Positions 49,241 through 59,652 of a stretch of 64,000 bases of DNA are shown here, in pieces. The DNA is from an uncultured Bdellovibrio sp. Lineage in GTDB: Bacteria; Bdellovibrionota; Bdellovibrionia; Bdellovibrionales; Bdellovibrionaceae. The DNA is taken from the NCBI GenBank assembly GCA_963932905.1, contig CAWVRN010000021.1, forward strand, positions 11,799 through 75,798, given 5' to 3'. A model generated the notes under the pieces. That model had not been told where the DNA came from and ran no database searches. It saw only the letters and a program-made list of their open reading frames with translations. Each line of letters opens with the position of its first letter. The first letter of the stretch is position 1. The position numbers were made by a program, and so were the translations under genes.

Positions 49241-51357
49241 TCTTTTATTTTCAGGAGGCCTTTGAGAATCCAAAGGTCTCCGAACAAGTTAATTAAAAAT
49301 CCTGCGCTAAACAGCAATCCTAGGATTTTCATCGGAATCAAAGTCTGAAATAAGAAAAATAAGCTACTGATCACCGTAATAATTCCAATTATAATACTCG
49401 CTGGTCCGTTTTCTTCAACGCCTTCATCCAAATTTCCGGCATCGTTTACAAATAGATATTGAATGGCATTGTCCCCGGTTATGCCGACTAATATAGCTAG
49501 GAACATACTGTTGAATGGGCTGATCGAAATGTTTAGGATGGACATACCTGAAATCAAAAACAGTGGCCCCCCTAACAGGGACAGCGGCAGAACAAAATAG
49601 TGTTTATTTCCAAGTTTCCTTTGGAGATAGAAAATAATGAAAATTACGATAATCAAACTGACTAAAAAGCTTTCGCTTAGTGTACGACTCAGTACCTCAG
49701 AAGCTTCTCGGTAGACATCGCTTTGTCCTACAACGTGGGTTTCATCTGGGCACGACTTCTTGGTAATGGCATGTAAGTCTGATATATCGCTGGGAGAATT
49801 AGATTTAAGAAATGCAATCGCCCGAATGGAATCACGAGTTATATAACTCTTTAGAAGACCAAATTCAGTCAGTTCCCATTTAACGGAATCTCTACGTAAT
49901 GGTTCTAGTCCTTTTAGAAAATAATTTTCAATGGCGATTGGATTGTCAATTGAATGAACAGCTGGTGATTTAGCAACTTCGTTCAAGCATTCTGAAATAG
50001 CTTTTTCAGGAGTCGATGCGGGCAGTTGTATAAAGACTGTATTTTGCCAGCCCAACGAGCTATTGAATTTCTGCAGACTTTGTTTAACTGGATGAGATTC
50101 CGGGAAATTATTTGATGGATTTTCTTCAAACTTTAAATGGAAGAAAAGAAATGGTCCGGCGAATACGAACAAACTAAAACCAATGGTTAACCACCGTGAC
50201 GGTGTCCAATGATTTAATGTTTGCACTTTTTTGAAAATATCATCATTTGACTTTGTCGATACGAATTCAGAATCTAATTTCAGCGTCTTTAAAAAGGCCG
50301 GTAGCGCCATAAACGTGAAGAACCACTCTAGCAAGGCACCGATGGCGGCCGCTAGGCCAAATCGCTGAATGGTATGAAGATCAGAAATGCATAACGAGAA
50401 AAATCCAACAATTGTTGTAAGTGTTGTAAAAAATCCGGCGCGGCAATATCGGAGGGCACTGTCTTTTAAAGTAAAACCGCGGCTCATTCCCCAACATATA
50501 AAAATATAATCGGCCGTACCGGCAATTGCTGTTACTAAAAACAAACTATTGGTTAAAATATCGATGGGTAACCCGAACAGAGACATAAAGCCAGCTAAAC
50601 AACTCAAAGTCGCTACTACCGTGAACAGGAAATACATTCCTGTACGCCAAGTTCCAAAGAAGACCTTAAAAAATAACAAGAAGAAAATAATCGTTAGAAT
50701 ATGCAGTACGGAATCTTTTTTCAGAATTTCATTTACGTAGTATTGAAAAACAGAAGGGCCGACCGCACTGATAGAATAGTCGCTGCTTTTTAAATCGTTG
50801 ATCCAATGACCAACCGCTCTTAAATCAAAGTCAGGATGCAGCTTTATTTGCAGTAACATTTGTTTGTTCGTAGGGGACATTCGGTAGAACGGGTGATTGG
50901 GGTCTAAATCTTTCTTAAGTGAGGCCAGTGTCTGGCCAGTTTGTTCGCATGGGTCTGGCAGGCTCAGTGGGTACCAGAAATGCCTTGGTTGTGATTCCAC
51001 ATGTCTGAGTTTGAATAAATGAAACGTCGATTTTGTCCCGTCTATCGTTGATTCTAGTTTTTTAACTGTTTTTAAAAAGGTGCAGACTTTTTCTGAACTT
51101 GGCTCTTCATGCCACTCTACAAGAACTGACAAATTTGAAAAATCTTGGAATTCGTCCATCATATTCCACAGACGCGTCAGTGATGGAAAGTCAGAATTAT
51201 GAGAATTATATAAATCTAGCTCCACTTTAATGGATTTGAAGACCGAGAAAGACAAAAGCAGGACCAAAGTACTTATTGCCGCTACGATTCGAGGATAAGT
51301 AAATGCAGTTCTGGTGATGGTTTCAATAATTTGGAACGGCTTTTTTTTCTGCGTCAT
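49189..51357 (-). CDS. MMPL/RND-family lipid exporter
   Basis: Two repeats of TM + periplasmic domain + 5 TM; IAGTADY and GITGDN (GxxxD) motifs; TTIVGF.SL. Confidence 0.8.
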   Translation of the reverse strand: MTQKKKPFQIIETITRTAFTYPRIVAAISTLVLLLSFSVFKSIKVELDLYNSHNSDFPSLTRLWNMMDEFQDFSNLSVLVEWHEEPSSEKVCTFLKTVKKLESTIDGTKSTFHLFKLRHVESQPRHFWYPLSLPDPCEQTGQTLASLKKDLDPNHPFYRMSPTNKQMLLQIKLHPDFDLRAVGHWINDLKSSDYSISAVGPSVFQYYVNEILKKDSVLHILTIIFFLLFFKVFFGTWRTGMYFLFTVVATLSCLAGFMSLFGLPIDILTNSLFLVTAIAGTADYIFICWGMSRGFTLKDSALRYCRAGFFTTLTTIVGFFSLCISDLHTIQRFGLAAAIGALLEWFFTFMALPAFLKTLKLDSEFVSTKSNDDIFKKVQTLNHWTPSRWLTIGFSLFVFAGPFLFFHLKFEENPSNNFPESHPVKQSLQKFNSSLGWQNTVFIQLPASTPEKAISECLNEVAKSPAVHSIDNPIAIENYFLKGLEPLRRDSVKWELTEFGLLKSYITRDSIRAIAFLKSNSPSDISDLHAITKKSCPDETHVVGQSDVYREASEVLSRTLSESFLVSLIIVIFIIFYLQRKLGNKHYFVLPLSLLGGPLFLISGMSILNISISPFNSMFLAILVGITGDNAIQYLFVNDAGNLDEGVEENGPASIIIGIITVISSLFFLFQTLIPMKILGLLFSAGFLINLFGDLWILKGLLKIKDYLTKRSTAPSTVAPGE

Positions 51358-51406
51358 CGATCTAGATTATTGGACTGGGTTTTGGTTTGCGCAATATAAT
51401 TTTAGG

Positions 51407-52453
51407 ATGTCATTTGCAGATAAAATAAAAAAATTTGGGCATGCGGAATTTGTACCCGATGGTTGGTACTGGCTAATTTCATCGAACGAATTAAAAAAAG
51501 GTCAGGCGCGTCCTGCTAAATTTTTAAATCACGAATTAGTTGTTTATCGTGGTGACGATAATGAAGTGCACGCCTTAGATGCATACTGCCCACATATGGG
51601 TGCGCATCTGTGTGATGGTAAGGTAGAAGGAAACTCGATTAGGTGCCCATTTCACTTTTGGAAATTCAATGCCGATGGCATTTGCGAAGATATTCCTGTT
51701 TTAAAGGAACCCGTTAAAGTTGAACAATTAAAAAAATACAAATGTGGTGAAAGATATGGTTTGGTTTGGATTTGGTACGGTGACAGTAAAAGTTCAGTTG
51801 AAATTCCAGTCGTTCCAGAATTAGAAGGATTTCAATTAGATAGTTCTTTGGGAAAGCCATTCACAAAAGAATGTCATCCCAACGTGATGATGATTAATGC
51901 TATTGACGCTCATCATTTTAGATCGGTACATAATCTAGTTATCGATTTAGAAATGGAACCAAAGATTTTAAGTGATAATTGCATCCAGTTTTCTAACACA
52001 ACACCCATGCCACAAAAGAATTGGTTTCTTAGATGGGCGACACAGTTTTACGCGAAAGCTCTTACGTATGAATTAACGTACTGGTGGGGACATACGGGTT
52101 CAGTTATGGTGGGTCCCGATTTCTTGCATTTCTATATCATTTTTTCTTTAAGACCTAATTCTGAAGGCAAAGCAGAAGGACAAACGATACTATTAACTAA
52201 ACATCGTTCAGGTGTTACGGGCGCTTTGTTTAACAAAGTCGTTCTATATTTAACGAAACTTGTGGGAAATTATTTTGCCACGGGCGATACCCTGATTTTC
52301 TCAAGAATTAAATATAAATTCAAAACGCCGATTAAAGCAGATCGTGCGATCCTGCACTTTATTGATCACTACGAGAAACTTTCGCAAAACGGATTTGCGA
52401 AAAAAGAAAAGGAATTCAAGGCATGTTACCCAAACGATCAAATGACTCTTTAG
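51407..52453 (+). CDS. Rieske non-heme iron oxygenase 2
   Basis: CPH...CPFH; NAIDAHHFRSVH; ATG 51407 follows TATAAT-N6. Confidence 0.9.
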   Translation: MSFADKIKKFGHAEFVPDGWYWLISSNELKKGQARPAKFLNHELVVYRGDDNEVHALDAYCPHMGAHLCDGKVEGNSIRCPFHFWKFNADGICEDIPVLKEPVKVEQLKKYKCGERYGLVWIWYGDSKSSVEIPVVPELEGFQLDSSLGKPFTKECHPNVMMINAIDAHHFRSVHNLVIDLEMEPKILSDNCIQFSNTTPMPQKNWFLRWATQFYAKALTYELTYWWGHTGSVMVGPDFLHFYIIFSLRPNSEGKAEGQTILLTKHRSGVTGALFNKVVLYLTKLVGNYFATGDTLIFSRIKYKFKTPIKADRAILHFIDHYEKLSQNGFAKKEKEFKACYPNDQMTL

Positions 52454-52833
52454 AAAATTGGGATTTGTTCGTGCTTCGACATCAGCAATTAACCAATGTT
52501 CTAGTTCATTTCGTTTCATTTCTAATGTTTTGGCTAGGACCTGTATTGGGAATCCTAGTTCACCCGCTATTTTGGTTGATGTTTTTTTCGTCTGGAATGG
52601 TGGGTGTTGCGGGTCACTACTTTTTAAAAGATGGAACCGTTGATCGCAAAGAAGCGACGTCCAGTGTAGAAGTCGTCGTATTTTCATCGCTGATGGCTAT
52701 TCTGTTTGTTTGTAATTCGTATCAAAAAGAAATCGATAGGGTTAAAAAGAAATATCAGCAGTATCTGTCTGGTAATATTCCCAGCCATGCAGATGCTGAG
52801 TTATTTAAAAAACTAGGACCGCAGGTGATATAA
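52423..52833 (+). CDS. DUF962/Mpo1-like membrane protein
   Basis: HQQLTNVLVH and GHYF motifs with TM segments. Confidence 0.6.
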   Translation: MLPKRSNDSLENWDLFVLRHQQLTNVLVHFVSFLMFWLGPVLGILVHPLFWLMFFSSGMVGVAGHYFLKDGTVDRKEATSSVEVVVFSSLMAILFVCNSYQKEIDRVKKKYQQYLSGNIPSHADAELFKKLGPQVI

Positions 52834-54023
52834 TGGACGTATCTTTTGCAAGAGACCCCTCATTTAAATCCTTGAAAGACGATATCAAAACCATGAAGCG
52901 CATGGAACTAGCACTGAAGAAAAGTAAGCAGCTGGATCAAACGGTTAATATGGATATCGCTGGGCGTGAATTTCAATATATTGATTGCAATAAATCGTTT
53001 TGGAATCCTGAGCGTTTTTCATTATTGTACGGAACTTGGATTTGGGATCAAAGTTCCGCTTATCAAAAAACGATTTTAAATCAGCTATACTGGGTGGCTT
53101 ACTATTCGCAAATTATTTCGGCCGAGATTGCTACCATATTTTTTAATCAAACTTGCGCGGCCTCTTTGTATGGGATCGAAGATTTCAGGATTGTATGTGA
53201 TACTTTAGATCTGGAGTCAGCTCAAGAGCGCGCGCATATCAATGCTTTTAAAAATGTTTCTGAAGAATTAGAAAAGACATTGTTTGGCCAACGCATCTTT
53301 ACTTACCCAATGCGTACACCATTCGTGAAAACGATGATGTATTCTGATTTGAACAAAATCCAAGAATGGTTGCGGACCCAGCAACTACGCGCTTATTCAC
53401 TATTGTCAGCAAATTCGGCTTTTATTGGGTGCCAATATTTTACTGTACGTGGATTGCGGACTTTGAATGGCAAAATTGTTCAGCATCAGCTTTCAAAATT
53501 TTATTCGGGAATGGAAAATCCAGAGTTAGCGCCGATTCCGGCTAAAATTTCTTATTATCATTTTATCGATGAAAGTTTTCATTTTAATACATCAACGGTG
53601 ATTTCGCACGACGTAGTGAACAGCTTGAAGGCGCCTAACAAGTGGGAATCGCATGTTGCAAATATGACGCTGCATGGTTGTCAGAAGGATCACTTTAACT
53701 TCTCAACGGCTATCAATGGAATCTTTTGGTTTGATCCGGCTTTGTACGCACCCATGTATAAGATATTTCGAAGTGATGTTTTTGGTATGTCGCATGAAGA
53801 TGCACTAACGGCGATTTACAAAAGTTTCTGCGAAGAATCGGAAGGTGCGGTGGCATCGGCCAAAACTCATTCCGAAGCTGTGGATTCGTATAAAGCTTAT
53901 TTGGCTGATTTCAAATACATTACTAAGCAAAATAAAGAAATGCAGATCATGTCGCAAAATAATTTACAGCGCCACCTGGCGACTAATAGAAAGCATTTCG
54001 AAAAGTTTAAAAAATCTATATGA
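52833..54023 (+). CDS. CylC/AurF-like dimetal-carboxylate enzyme (candidate halogenase)
   Basis: SAE, ESAQERAH and HFIDESFH ligand sets; WNPERFSLLYGT, LYWVAYYSQIISAEIATI and RGLRTLNGK segments recalled from cyanobacterial CylC homologues. Confidence 0.7.
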   Translation: MDVSFARDPSFKSLKDDIKTMKRMELALKKSKQLDQTVNMDIAGREFQYIDCNKSFWNPERFSLLYGTWIWDQSSAYQKTILNQLYWVAYYSQIISAEIATIFFNQTCAASLYGIEDFRIVCDTLDLESAQERAHINAFKNVSEELEKTLFGQRIFTYPMRTPFVKTMMYSDLNKIQEWLRTQQLRAYSLLSANSAFIGCQYFTVRGLRTLNGKIVQHQLSKFYSGMENPELAPIPAKISYYHFIDESFHFNTSTVISHDVVNSLKAPNKWESHVANMTLHGCQKDHFNFSTAINGIFWFDPALYAPMYKIFRSDVFGMSHEDALTAIYKSFCEESEGAVASAKTHSEAVDSYKAYLADFKYITKQNKEMQIMSQNNLQRHLATNRKHFEKFKKSI

Positions 54024-54316
54024 GTAAACGACGCATTTCTTTTACCGATGATAGTTATGAGCCGGTAGAACTGCCAGACGATGCATGTTTGTCTGAACAT
54101 CTAACGGTACAAAACTCGCCAATCCTATTTGGTTGTCGTATTGGAATTTGTGGAACGTGTTTGGTCGAAGTCGTTAGCGAAGCCGACCCCTTGACAGAAC
54201 GAACAGAAAACGAAGAGGAATTTTTAGAGGCATTGTTGCCAAATAGAAAAGAATGCCGCTTGGCTTGCCAGGTGAATATTAACACCGATATCAAAATTAA
54301 AAAGATCGAGCTGTGA
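54020..54316 (+). CDS. 2Fe-2S ferredoxin
   Basis: CRIGICGTC...RLACQ. Confidence 0.92.
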   Translation: MSKRRISFTDDSYEPVELPDDACLSEHLTVQNSPILFGCRIGICGTCLVEVVSEADPLTERTENEEEFLEALLPNRKECRLACQVNINTDIKIKKIEL

Positions 54317-54317
54317 C

Positions 54318-55319
54318 ATGAATCAAAAGCAATTCTGGTACATAGCTTGTGAAAGTCGCGAGCTAAAAAATAACAAGCCACTTTCAGCTAGCATCATGGA
54401 TGAATGGATCGTTTTATTTCGCGATAAGGCCGGAAATCCAGTGGCTATGCAAGATCGGTGTTTGCATCGTTCGGCACGTTTGTCCACTGGGCGTGTTGAA
54501 GGTGGTCATATCAGTTGTCCGTATCATGGTTGGAAGTACAACTCGCAAGGTGAAGTGATTTCTATTCCTTCGGAAACTGAAGTAGGGCGCAAACGGTGCG
54601 CCGTTAAATACAATGCGATAGAAAAAGACGACTATATTTATGTTCAGTTGCAGGAACATATTATCGAACCGTTTACGATGCCTCATTATAAAGATAAAGG
54701 TTATACTACGATTCGATTGCAAAACGTTTTTGAAAACACCGTTACTAATTGTGTAGAGAACTTCTTAGATATTCCTCACACAACCTATGTTCACCCCACT
54801 ATATTTAGAAATGCATCTAGACAGAAAATGGGTGCCGTTGTCGAACGTCGTAAGGGTCACGTGAAAGTGACTTATTTGGAAGAAAAATCTGATTTCGGTA
54901 TTTTTGCATGGTTTTTAAATCCTAAAAAAGAAAGTGTCGGACACACTGATGAATTCTTTATGCCGAATGTATCGACTGTTAATTATTTTTTTGGAAAGAA
55001 ACATTTTATCATCACTTCGCAATCCGTCCCGGTAGACGCCAAGACAACCAAGGTCTATACAGATTTGACTTACAATTATGGTATATGGAACTGGATCTCG
55101 CGGCCGATCGTTCGCTGGCAGGGGCAGACTATCATTGATCAGGATATTGTGATTTTAAAAAATCAGTCAGAAACGATTCAGAAATACGGGCAACAGTTTC
55201 AAAACTCGCCATGCGATATTATTCATACCTATATTGAAAGCATTAGAAACGAAATTGAAAATGATCGAGATCCTATGACTTTGAATGAAAAAACCGAAAG
55301 GATTGAATTTTGGGTTTAG
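54318..55319 (+). CDS. Rieske non-heme iron oxygenase 3 (VanA/CAO-like)
   Basis: CLH...CPYHGW; ENFLDIPHTTYVH; C-terminal QD. Confidence 0.92.
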   Translation: MNQKQFWYIACESRELKNNKPLSASIMDEWIVLFRDKAGNPVAMQDRCLHRSARLSTGRVEGGHISCPYHGWKYNSQGEVISIPSETEVGRKRCAVKYNAIEKDDYIYVQLQEHIIEPFTMPHYKDKGYTTIRLQNVFENTVTNCVENFLDIPHTTYVHPTIFRNASRQKMGAVVERRKGHVKVTYLEEKSDFGIFAWFLNPKKESVGHTDEFFMPNVSTVNYFFGKKHFIITSQSVPVDAKTTKVYTDLTYNYGIWNWISRPIVRWQGQTIIDQDIVILKNQSETIQKYGQQFQNSPCDIIHTYIESIRNEIENDRDPMTLNEKTERIEFWV

Positions 55320-55984
55320 TGGATGTTTGGCAACGTCGATCATTAAGCGAAAAATTTATCGATGTCGTTGGACTATCCATGCAGTCGCTTTTAGTACCAG
55401 TGGTTGCGACCTATTTAGGAACTCATCTTCTTCCTAGCCTAGTGGCAATAGATAAAGAGACGTTTTCGATTCCAAATTGGATTCAGTTTTTATTGCCGTT
55501 CACTTTGGTTGATTATCTGTACTATTGGAATCATCGTCTGATGCATAGGCCAGAATTTTGGTGGCTGCATCGAGTTCATCATACATCACGTCAGTTAGAT
55601 GTTTTTGTAACATCAAGAAATTCGATTTGGACCGTATTTTTCTTTATCTACATTTGGTCGCATGCATTTCTTATTTTTTCGCAGAAAGATCCAAGTGGAT
55701 TCCTATACGGAATGTATTTATTGGCCGCGATGGATTTGTGGCGCCATTCAAATATTAAGACGCCGCAATGGGCACGTGCCTTTGGTGCTGTTTTCATTTT
55801 ACCCGAAGATCATGAATGGCATCATGCTCGGGATAAAGTCGGAATCAACTACGGCGCGAACCTAAATCTATGGGACCGAATGCACGGTACTTTTTATCGT
55901 AGTTGGGAAAAGCCTAAAGACTTAGGCGAAGAAGAAAATTATTCTGTATGGCTAAATTTGTTTTTTCCGTGGAGAGCTAAATAA
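55310..55984 (+). CDS. Sterol desaturase/fatty acid hydroxylase family protein
   Basis: His boxes HRLMH, HRVHH, HSN, HEWHH; NYG...WDR..GT. Confidence 0.9.
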   Translation: MGLVDVWQRRSLSEKFIDVVGLSMQSLLVPVVATYLGTHLLPSLVAIDKETFSIPNWIQFLLPFTLVDYLYYWNHRLMHRPEFWWLHRVHHTSRQLDVFVTSRNSIWTVFFFIYIWSHAFLIFSQKDPSGFLYGMYLLAAMDLWRHSNIKTPQWARAFGAVFILPEDHEWHHARDKVGINYGANLNLWDRMHGTFYRSWEKPKDLGEEENYSVWLNLFFPWRAK

Positions 55985-56592
55985 TGACGGTCGGAGGAAT
56001 TATTGCCAGCCTTTTTCCAGCTTTTTATTTTATTTTAAATGCCGCCGTGTTGATCGGTTTTGTTCAGCAGCCGGCGGTATCAAGTTTCCTAATCGTATTG
56101 TTTTGCGTCTATTTAATACCGCTAATCCTATATCGCATCCATTCGGTCTTTTTTAAAATCGAGGAAGGCGAGTATGATTTGTCTAAAAAAGTCTATAGCC
56201 CATGGTGGACGGCTCATATGCTGCAATATCCATTTATTGCTCTTCCTTTTTTAGAATCTCTGCTGCATTTTTTTCCGGGCCTGTATTCGATTTGGTTACG
56301 TGCATGGGGGTCAAAAATCGGAAAGAAAATTTTTTGGACACCTAGAACAGAAATTTTGGATAGAAATTTAGTAGAGATTGGTGATCAAACTATTATTGGC
56401 CACCTATCGATAATGGTTTCTCATTTAGTTGAAACTCGTTCCGGCGTTCCCAAGCTAGTGATAAAAAAAGTCCGTATCGGCGAGAAATGTTTAATTTCAG
56501 CCGACGCTCAGTTGGGCCCCGGCGCAGAGGTTCCTAGCCGCACACAGTTAAAACCAAAAACAAGACTGTATTGGAAAGGCGAATGGAAGTGA
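55984..56592 (+). CDS. Membrane-anchored hexapeptide-repeat (LbH) acyltransferase
   Basis: Two TMs; WLRAWGSKIGK, VEIGDQTIIG, VRIGEKCLI. Confidence 0.75.
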   Translation: MTVGGIIASLFPAFYFILNAAVLIGFVQQPAVSSFLIVLFCVYLIPLILYRIHSVFFKIEEGEYDLSKKVYSPWWTAHMLQYPFIALPFLESLLHFFPGLYSIWLRAWGSKIGKKIFWTPRTEILDRNLVEIGDQTIIGHLSIMVSHLVETRSGVPKLVIKKVRIGEKCLISADAQLGPGAEVPSRTQLKPKTRLYWKGEWK

Positions 56593-57950
56593 GTCTAAGG
56601 TTTAATTTTGTTCGCCTTTTTGTCCATGCACTGGCCTGGAAAGCGCGCCGAGATTTTAACTCGGCTTTGGAAAATCCTAAGCGAGCACAAGAAAAAGTAT
56701 TACGAGAAATTTTAAAGCTATCTGGAACAGACCGCTTGCCTAATCTTCCGACCTACTATTCTGATTATCCACTCCAGCAATCATGGACGTCAGAGCCGGT
56801 CAAATTCTTTGAAACGACATCTGGGAACTCAGAGAAAAAGAAACAGATTCCTTACACCGCTTCTTTACTCAAGAGCTTTCAGTCGCTATTTTTGATTTGG
56901 ATCGATGATGTGTTGACTCATCAAAAATTGAAGTCAGGGAAATTGTTTATTTCTATTTCACCTAAATTTGAATCTTTGGGAATGAATTCTGATTTGGATT
57001 ATCTGAATCCGTTTATGCAAAAACTGCTGAATCGATTTTTGGTTGTCCCTCAAAAAGATTTCGTTGCTAAAGATGGAAAAGAATTTTTTGCGCAGTTATC
57101 CGAACGGTTACTAGCTTGTCGTGAACTGGAAAGCATTTCCATTTGGAGCCCAAGTTATTTGATTTCGCTACTTGATTTTATGAAAGCAAATTATAAAGTC
57201 GGAAGCTGGCATTCCGTGTGGCCGAATTTGAAATTGATTTCTTGTTGGGTTGACGGCAGTTCACGGGAACAGGCCGCTCAGTTAAAATCTATTTTTCCAT
57301 GGGCGGTCATCCAAGCTAAGGGGCTGTTAGCAACGGAAGCACCGATCAGTGTTCCGTGGACTCAAGCTATGGGCTGCGTGCCTTTGTGGAATCAAGTCTA
57401 TTTAGAGTTCATAGATGACGATGGCAGTATTCATCCTTTGTATGAAATGAAGGCTGGAAAAAGCGGCGAAATTTTGGTGTCTACTAAGGGTGGACTGCTT
57501 CGTTATAAATTAGGTGATTTAGTTGAATGTGGCTATCGTTTCAAGAATAGCCCCGTTATTAAATTTGTCCGTCGGGTCGGCGACGTTTCAGATTTAGTCG
57601 GAGAAAAATTGGATTCCACTACGTTAATGCGCATCTTTGCCGACTATTCTGGTGTAAACTGGATTTTGATAGCGAATTGTGATCATTATGTGTTTGCTGC
57701 TGACCGTGCCATAAACCAAGACGACGTCGAAAATAAATTAAAAGAAATATTTCATTATGCTTTGGCTCGTGAACTGGGGCAGCTAAAACCGGCGTTCAGT
57801 GTTTACGTCGAAGATTTATCTGCGCAGATAAATGAATACTACGCAGCTAGAAAAATTAAATTCGGCGATATTAAAGCGAAGCTGCTTTGGACTGACCCTC
57901 AGATTCTAAATGAATTTCAGAACTTGCAATGGCATGACTCATCTCTGTAA
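56589..57950 (+). CDS. GH3-family acyl-adenylate/amide ligase
   Basis: Motif I ETTSG....KQIP; motif II KGLLATEA; motif III LRYKLGD; GEKL; GTG overlaps upstream stop. Confidence 0.85.
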   Translation: MSLRFNFVRLFVHALAWKARRDFNSALENPKRAQEKVLREILKLSGTDRLPNLPTYYSDYPLQQSWTSEPVKFFETTSGNSEKKKQIPYTASLLKSFQSLFLIWIDDVLTHQKLKSGKLFISISPKFESLGMNSDLDYLNPFMQKLLNRFLVVPQKDFVAKDGKEFFAQLSERLLACRELESISIWSPSYLISLLDFMKANYKVGSWHSVWPNLKLISCWVDGSSREQAAQLKSIFPWAVIQAKGLLATEAPISVPWTQAMGCVPLWNQVYLEFIDDDGSIHPLYEMKAGKSGEILVSTKGGLLRYKLGDLVECGYRFKNSPVIKFVRRVGDVSDLVGEKLDSTTLMRIFADYSGVNWILIANCDHYVFAADRAINQDDVENKLKEIFHYALARELGQLKPAFSVYVEDLSAQINEYYAARKIKFGDIKAKLLWTDPQILNEFQNLQWHDSSL

Positions 57951-58803
57951 TTGAATAAGGCAACCAGTTAAATTTCGCCAGTTCGTCATTTGAAAATATT
58001 TTGCTTAAGTTTTGATGAATTAGCTTTAGTTTGGCCGTAGTAGTTTGTTCGGCCTGAATAGATATTAGCATTTCACTGATTTCATGATTTGAGGTTAAGC
58101 GATTCATTTTCGCAAGTAACATAGCTACTTGGAAAGGTCCAATGCGTACGGCATCAATAACGGATTGAATGGTATTTACAAGTCCGTCTGATAACTGAAA
58201 TCCATAACTTTGGCTCAAGATTATGCCACCACCGTGATGACGAACTTCATCGAATACTATTTTAGAAAACACAGATTTTAGTTCAGTATTATCAGTACCA
58301 GATAAAAGCGATTGATAGTGATGGATACCCCAGCCTTCCAACAGTACTTGAATTAAAATAACGGAGTCACGCTTTGGTTCATTTTCAATTAATTGTGCGA
58401 TCATTTGTGAAAAATCGGGGGCCTGTGTTTCTACTGGGAACTGAAAATAGGGTTGCAGCATATACAGATGGCTTAGCTCTTCATTAGCCACCGTCGTGTA
58501 ATACTGCCGTTCTTCTTGAGTTTCAGCTAGCAAAGCCATTTTATTCGCGTAGGCAATTCCTGCATGTTCGATGGCAATAGCTTCTTTCAGCAACGCCTTG
58601 GACATCGCATTTAAGAAATCGACCTGTTGAGACTGATTTAGTTTCGACCAAAATCGGCTACTATCTATGTGAAAAAAATCGGGGCGCCAAACAGGCAGAG
58701 GTTTTTTTTCTGTAGGTGCAGACTCCAGCGATTGATGAATCAACCGCTGTAACCGATGTCTAAGTTCTGCAGGCGCTTCGGGCAATAGAACGTTAAAAGT
58801 CAC
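57871..58803 (-). CDS. Ferritin-like diiron protein
   Basis: IEHAG, EELSH, LLEGWG..HY, DEVRH ligand pattern. Confidence 0.8.
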   Translation of the reverse strand: MTFNVLLPEAPAELRHRLQRLIHQSLESAPTEKKPLPVWRPDFFHIDSSRFWSKLNQSQQVDFLNAMSKALLKEAIAIEHAGIAYANKMALLAETQEERQYYTTVANEELSHLYMLQPYFQFPVETQAPDFSQMIAQLIENEPKRDSVILIQVLLEGWGIHHYQSLLSGTDNTELKSVFSKIVFDEVRHHGGGIILSQSYGFQLSDGLVNTIQSVIDAVRIGPFQVAMLLAKMNRLTSNHEISEMLISIQAEQTTTAKLKLIHQNLSKIFSNDELAKFNWLPYSITEMSHAIASSEIHLESEGQSKAASL

Positions 58804-59652
58804 TTATTGTTCCTTCGTAAAAGCTTTGTTTAAAAATGTTCCAGAGACTTTGTGGAAAACAGATCTTGGGAAAACTTTCTTAAGAAAACGAACGGAAAAA
58901 GCGTCTTTTCCGAAACTGTAATTCAGTTTTGGGTTATGCGATTTGATGATGCGAACTACACCGCGAACGACATCTTCGGGGCGTTGTGGATTAGGACGCT
59001 TCGAAAGTTTTTCTCGAAGAGACGTGTAATTTGAAACTTGGCGATGATAGACCGATGTCGGCAGAGTTTCGCTCATTCCCCATTCGGCAGCATTATTGAA
59101 ATTGGTGCGGTAAGCACCTGGTTCAATCACGGTCACTTTGACTGAATGTGGTTTTAGTTCGTAAGACAACGATTCCGAGAACCCTTCCACCGCAAATTTA
59201 CTGGCGCAGTAGGCGCTAGATAATGGAAATCCCATAAATCCAAAGACGCTAGAGAAATTAATGATGTGGCCTTTGGCTTGTCGAATGGATGGTAGTAATT
59301 TTTGCGTTAGTAGTATCATCCCAAACACATTCACCTCAAATTGGCGACGTAGCTTTTCTTCACTGCATTCTTCCGCTGGTCCAAACACTGCAAATCCTGC
59401 GTTGTTAATCAAAACATCTAGTGGGCGTTCTAAAAAATAGTTTTCAATCGCTTTTAAGTCGGCTTGTGATGTGACATCTAAATCAAGCTCAACTAGTTTG
59501 CCTTTGTATTTTTCCCGTTCGCTTGCGAAAATTTCTTTTCGACCCAGAATGTTTCGGCCAGTGGCGATCACTTGAAAATCGTTTTCTAGCAGACTAGTAA
59601 CTAAACCCTTGCCGAAACCCGACGTCGCACCGGTTACTAATACTGTCTTCAT
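58804..59652 (-). CDS. Short-chain dehydrogenase/reductase
   Basis: TGATSGFG, NNAG, YCASK, EPG. Confidence 0.93.
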   Translation of the reverse strand: MKTVLVTGATSGFGKGLVTSLLENDFQVIATGRNILGRKEIFASEREKYKGKLVELDLDVTSQADLKAIENYFLERPLDVLINNAGFAVFGPAEECSEEKLRRQFEVNVFGMILLTQKLLPSIRQAKGHIINFSSVFGFMGFPLSSAYCASKFAVEGFSESLSYELKPHSVKVTVIEPGAYRTNFNNAAEWGMSETLPTSVYHRQVSNYTSLREKLSKRPNPQRPEDVVRGVVRIIKSHNPKLNYSFGKDAFSVRFLKKVFPRSVFHKVSGTFLNKAFTKEQ

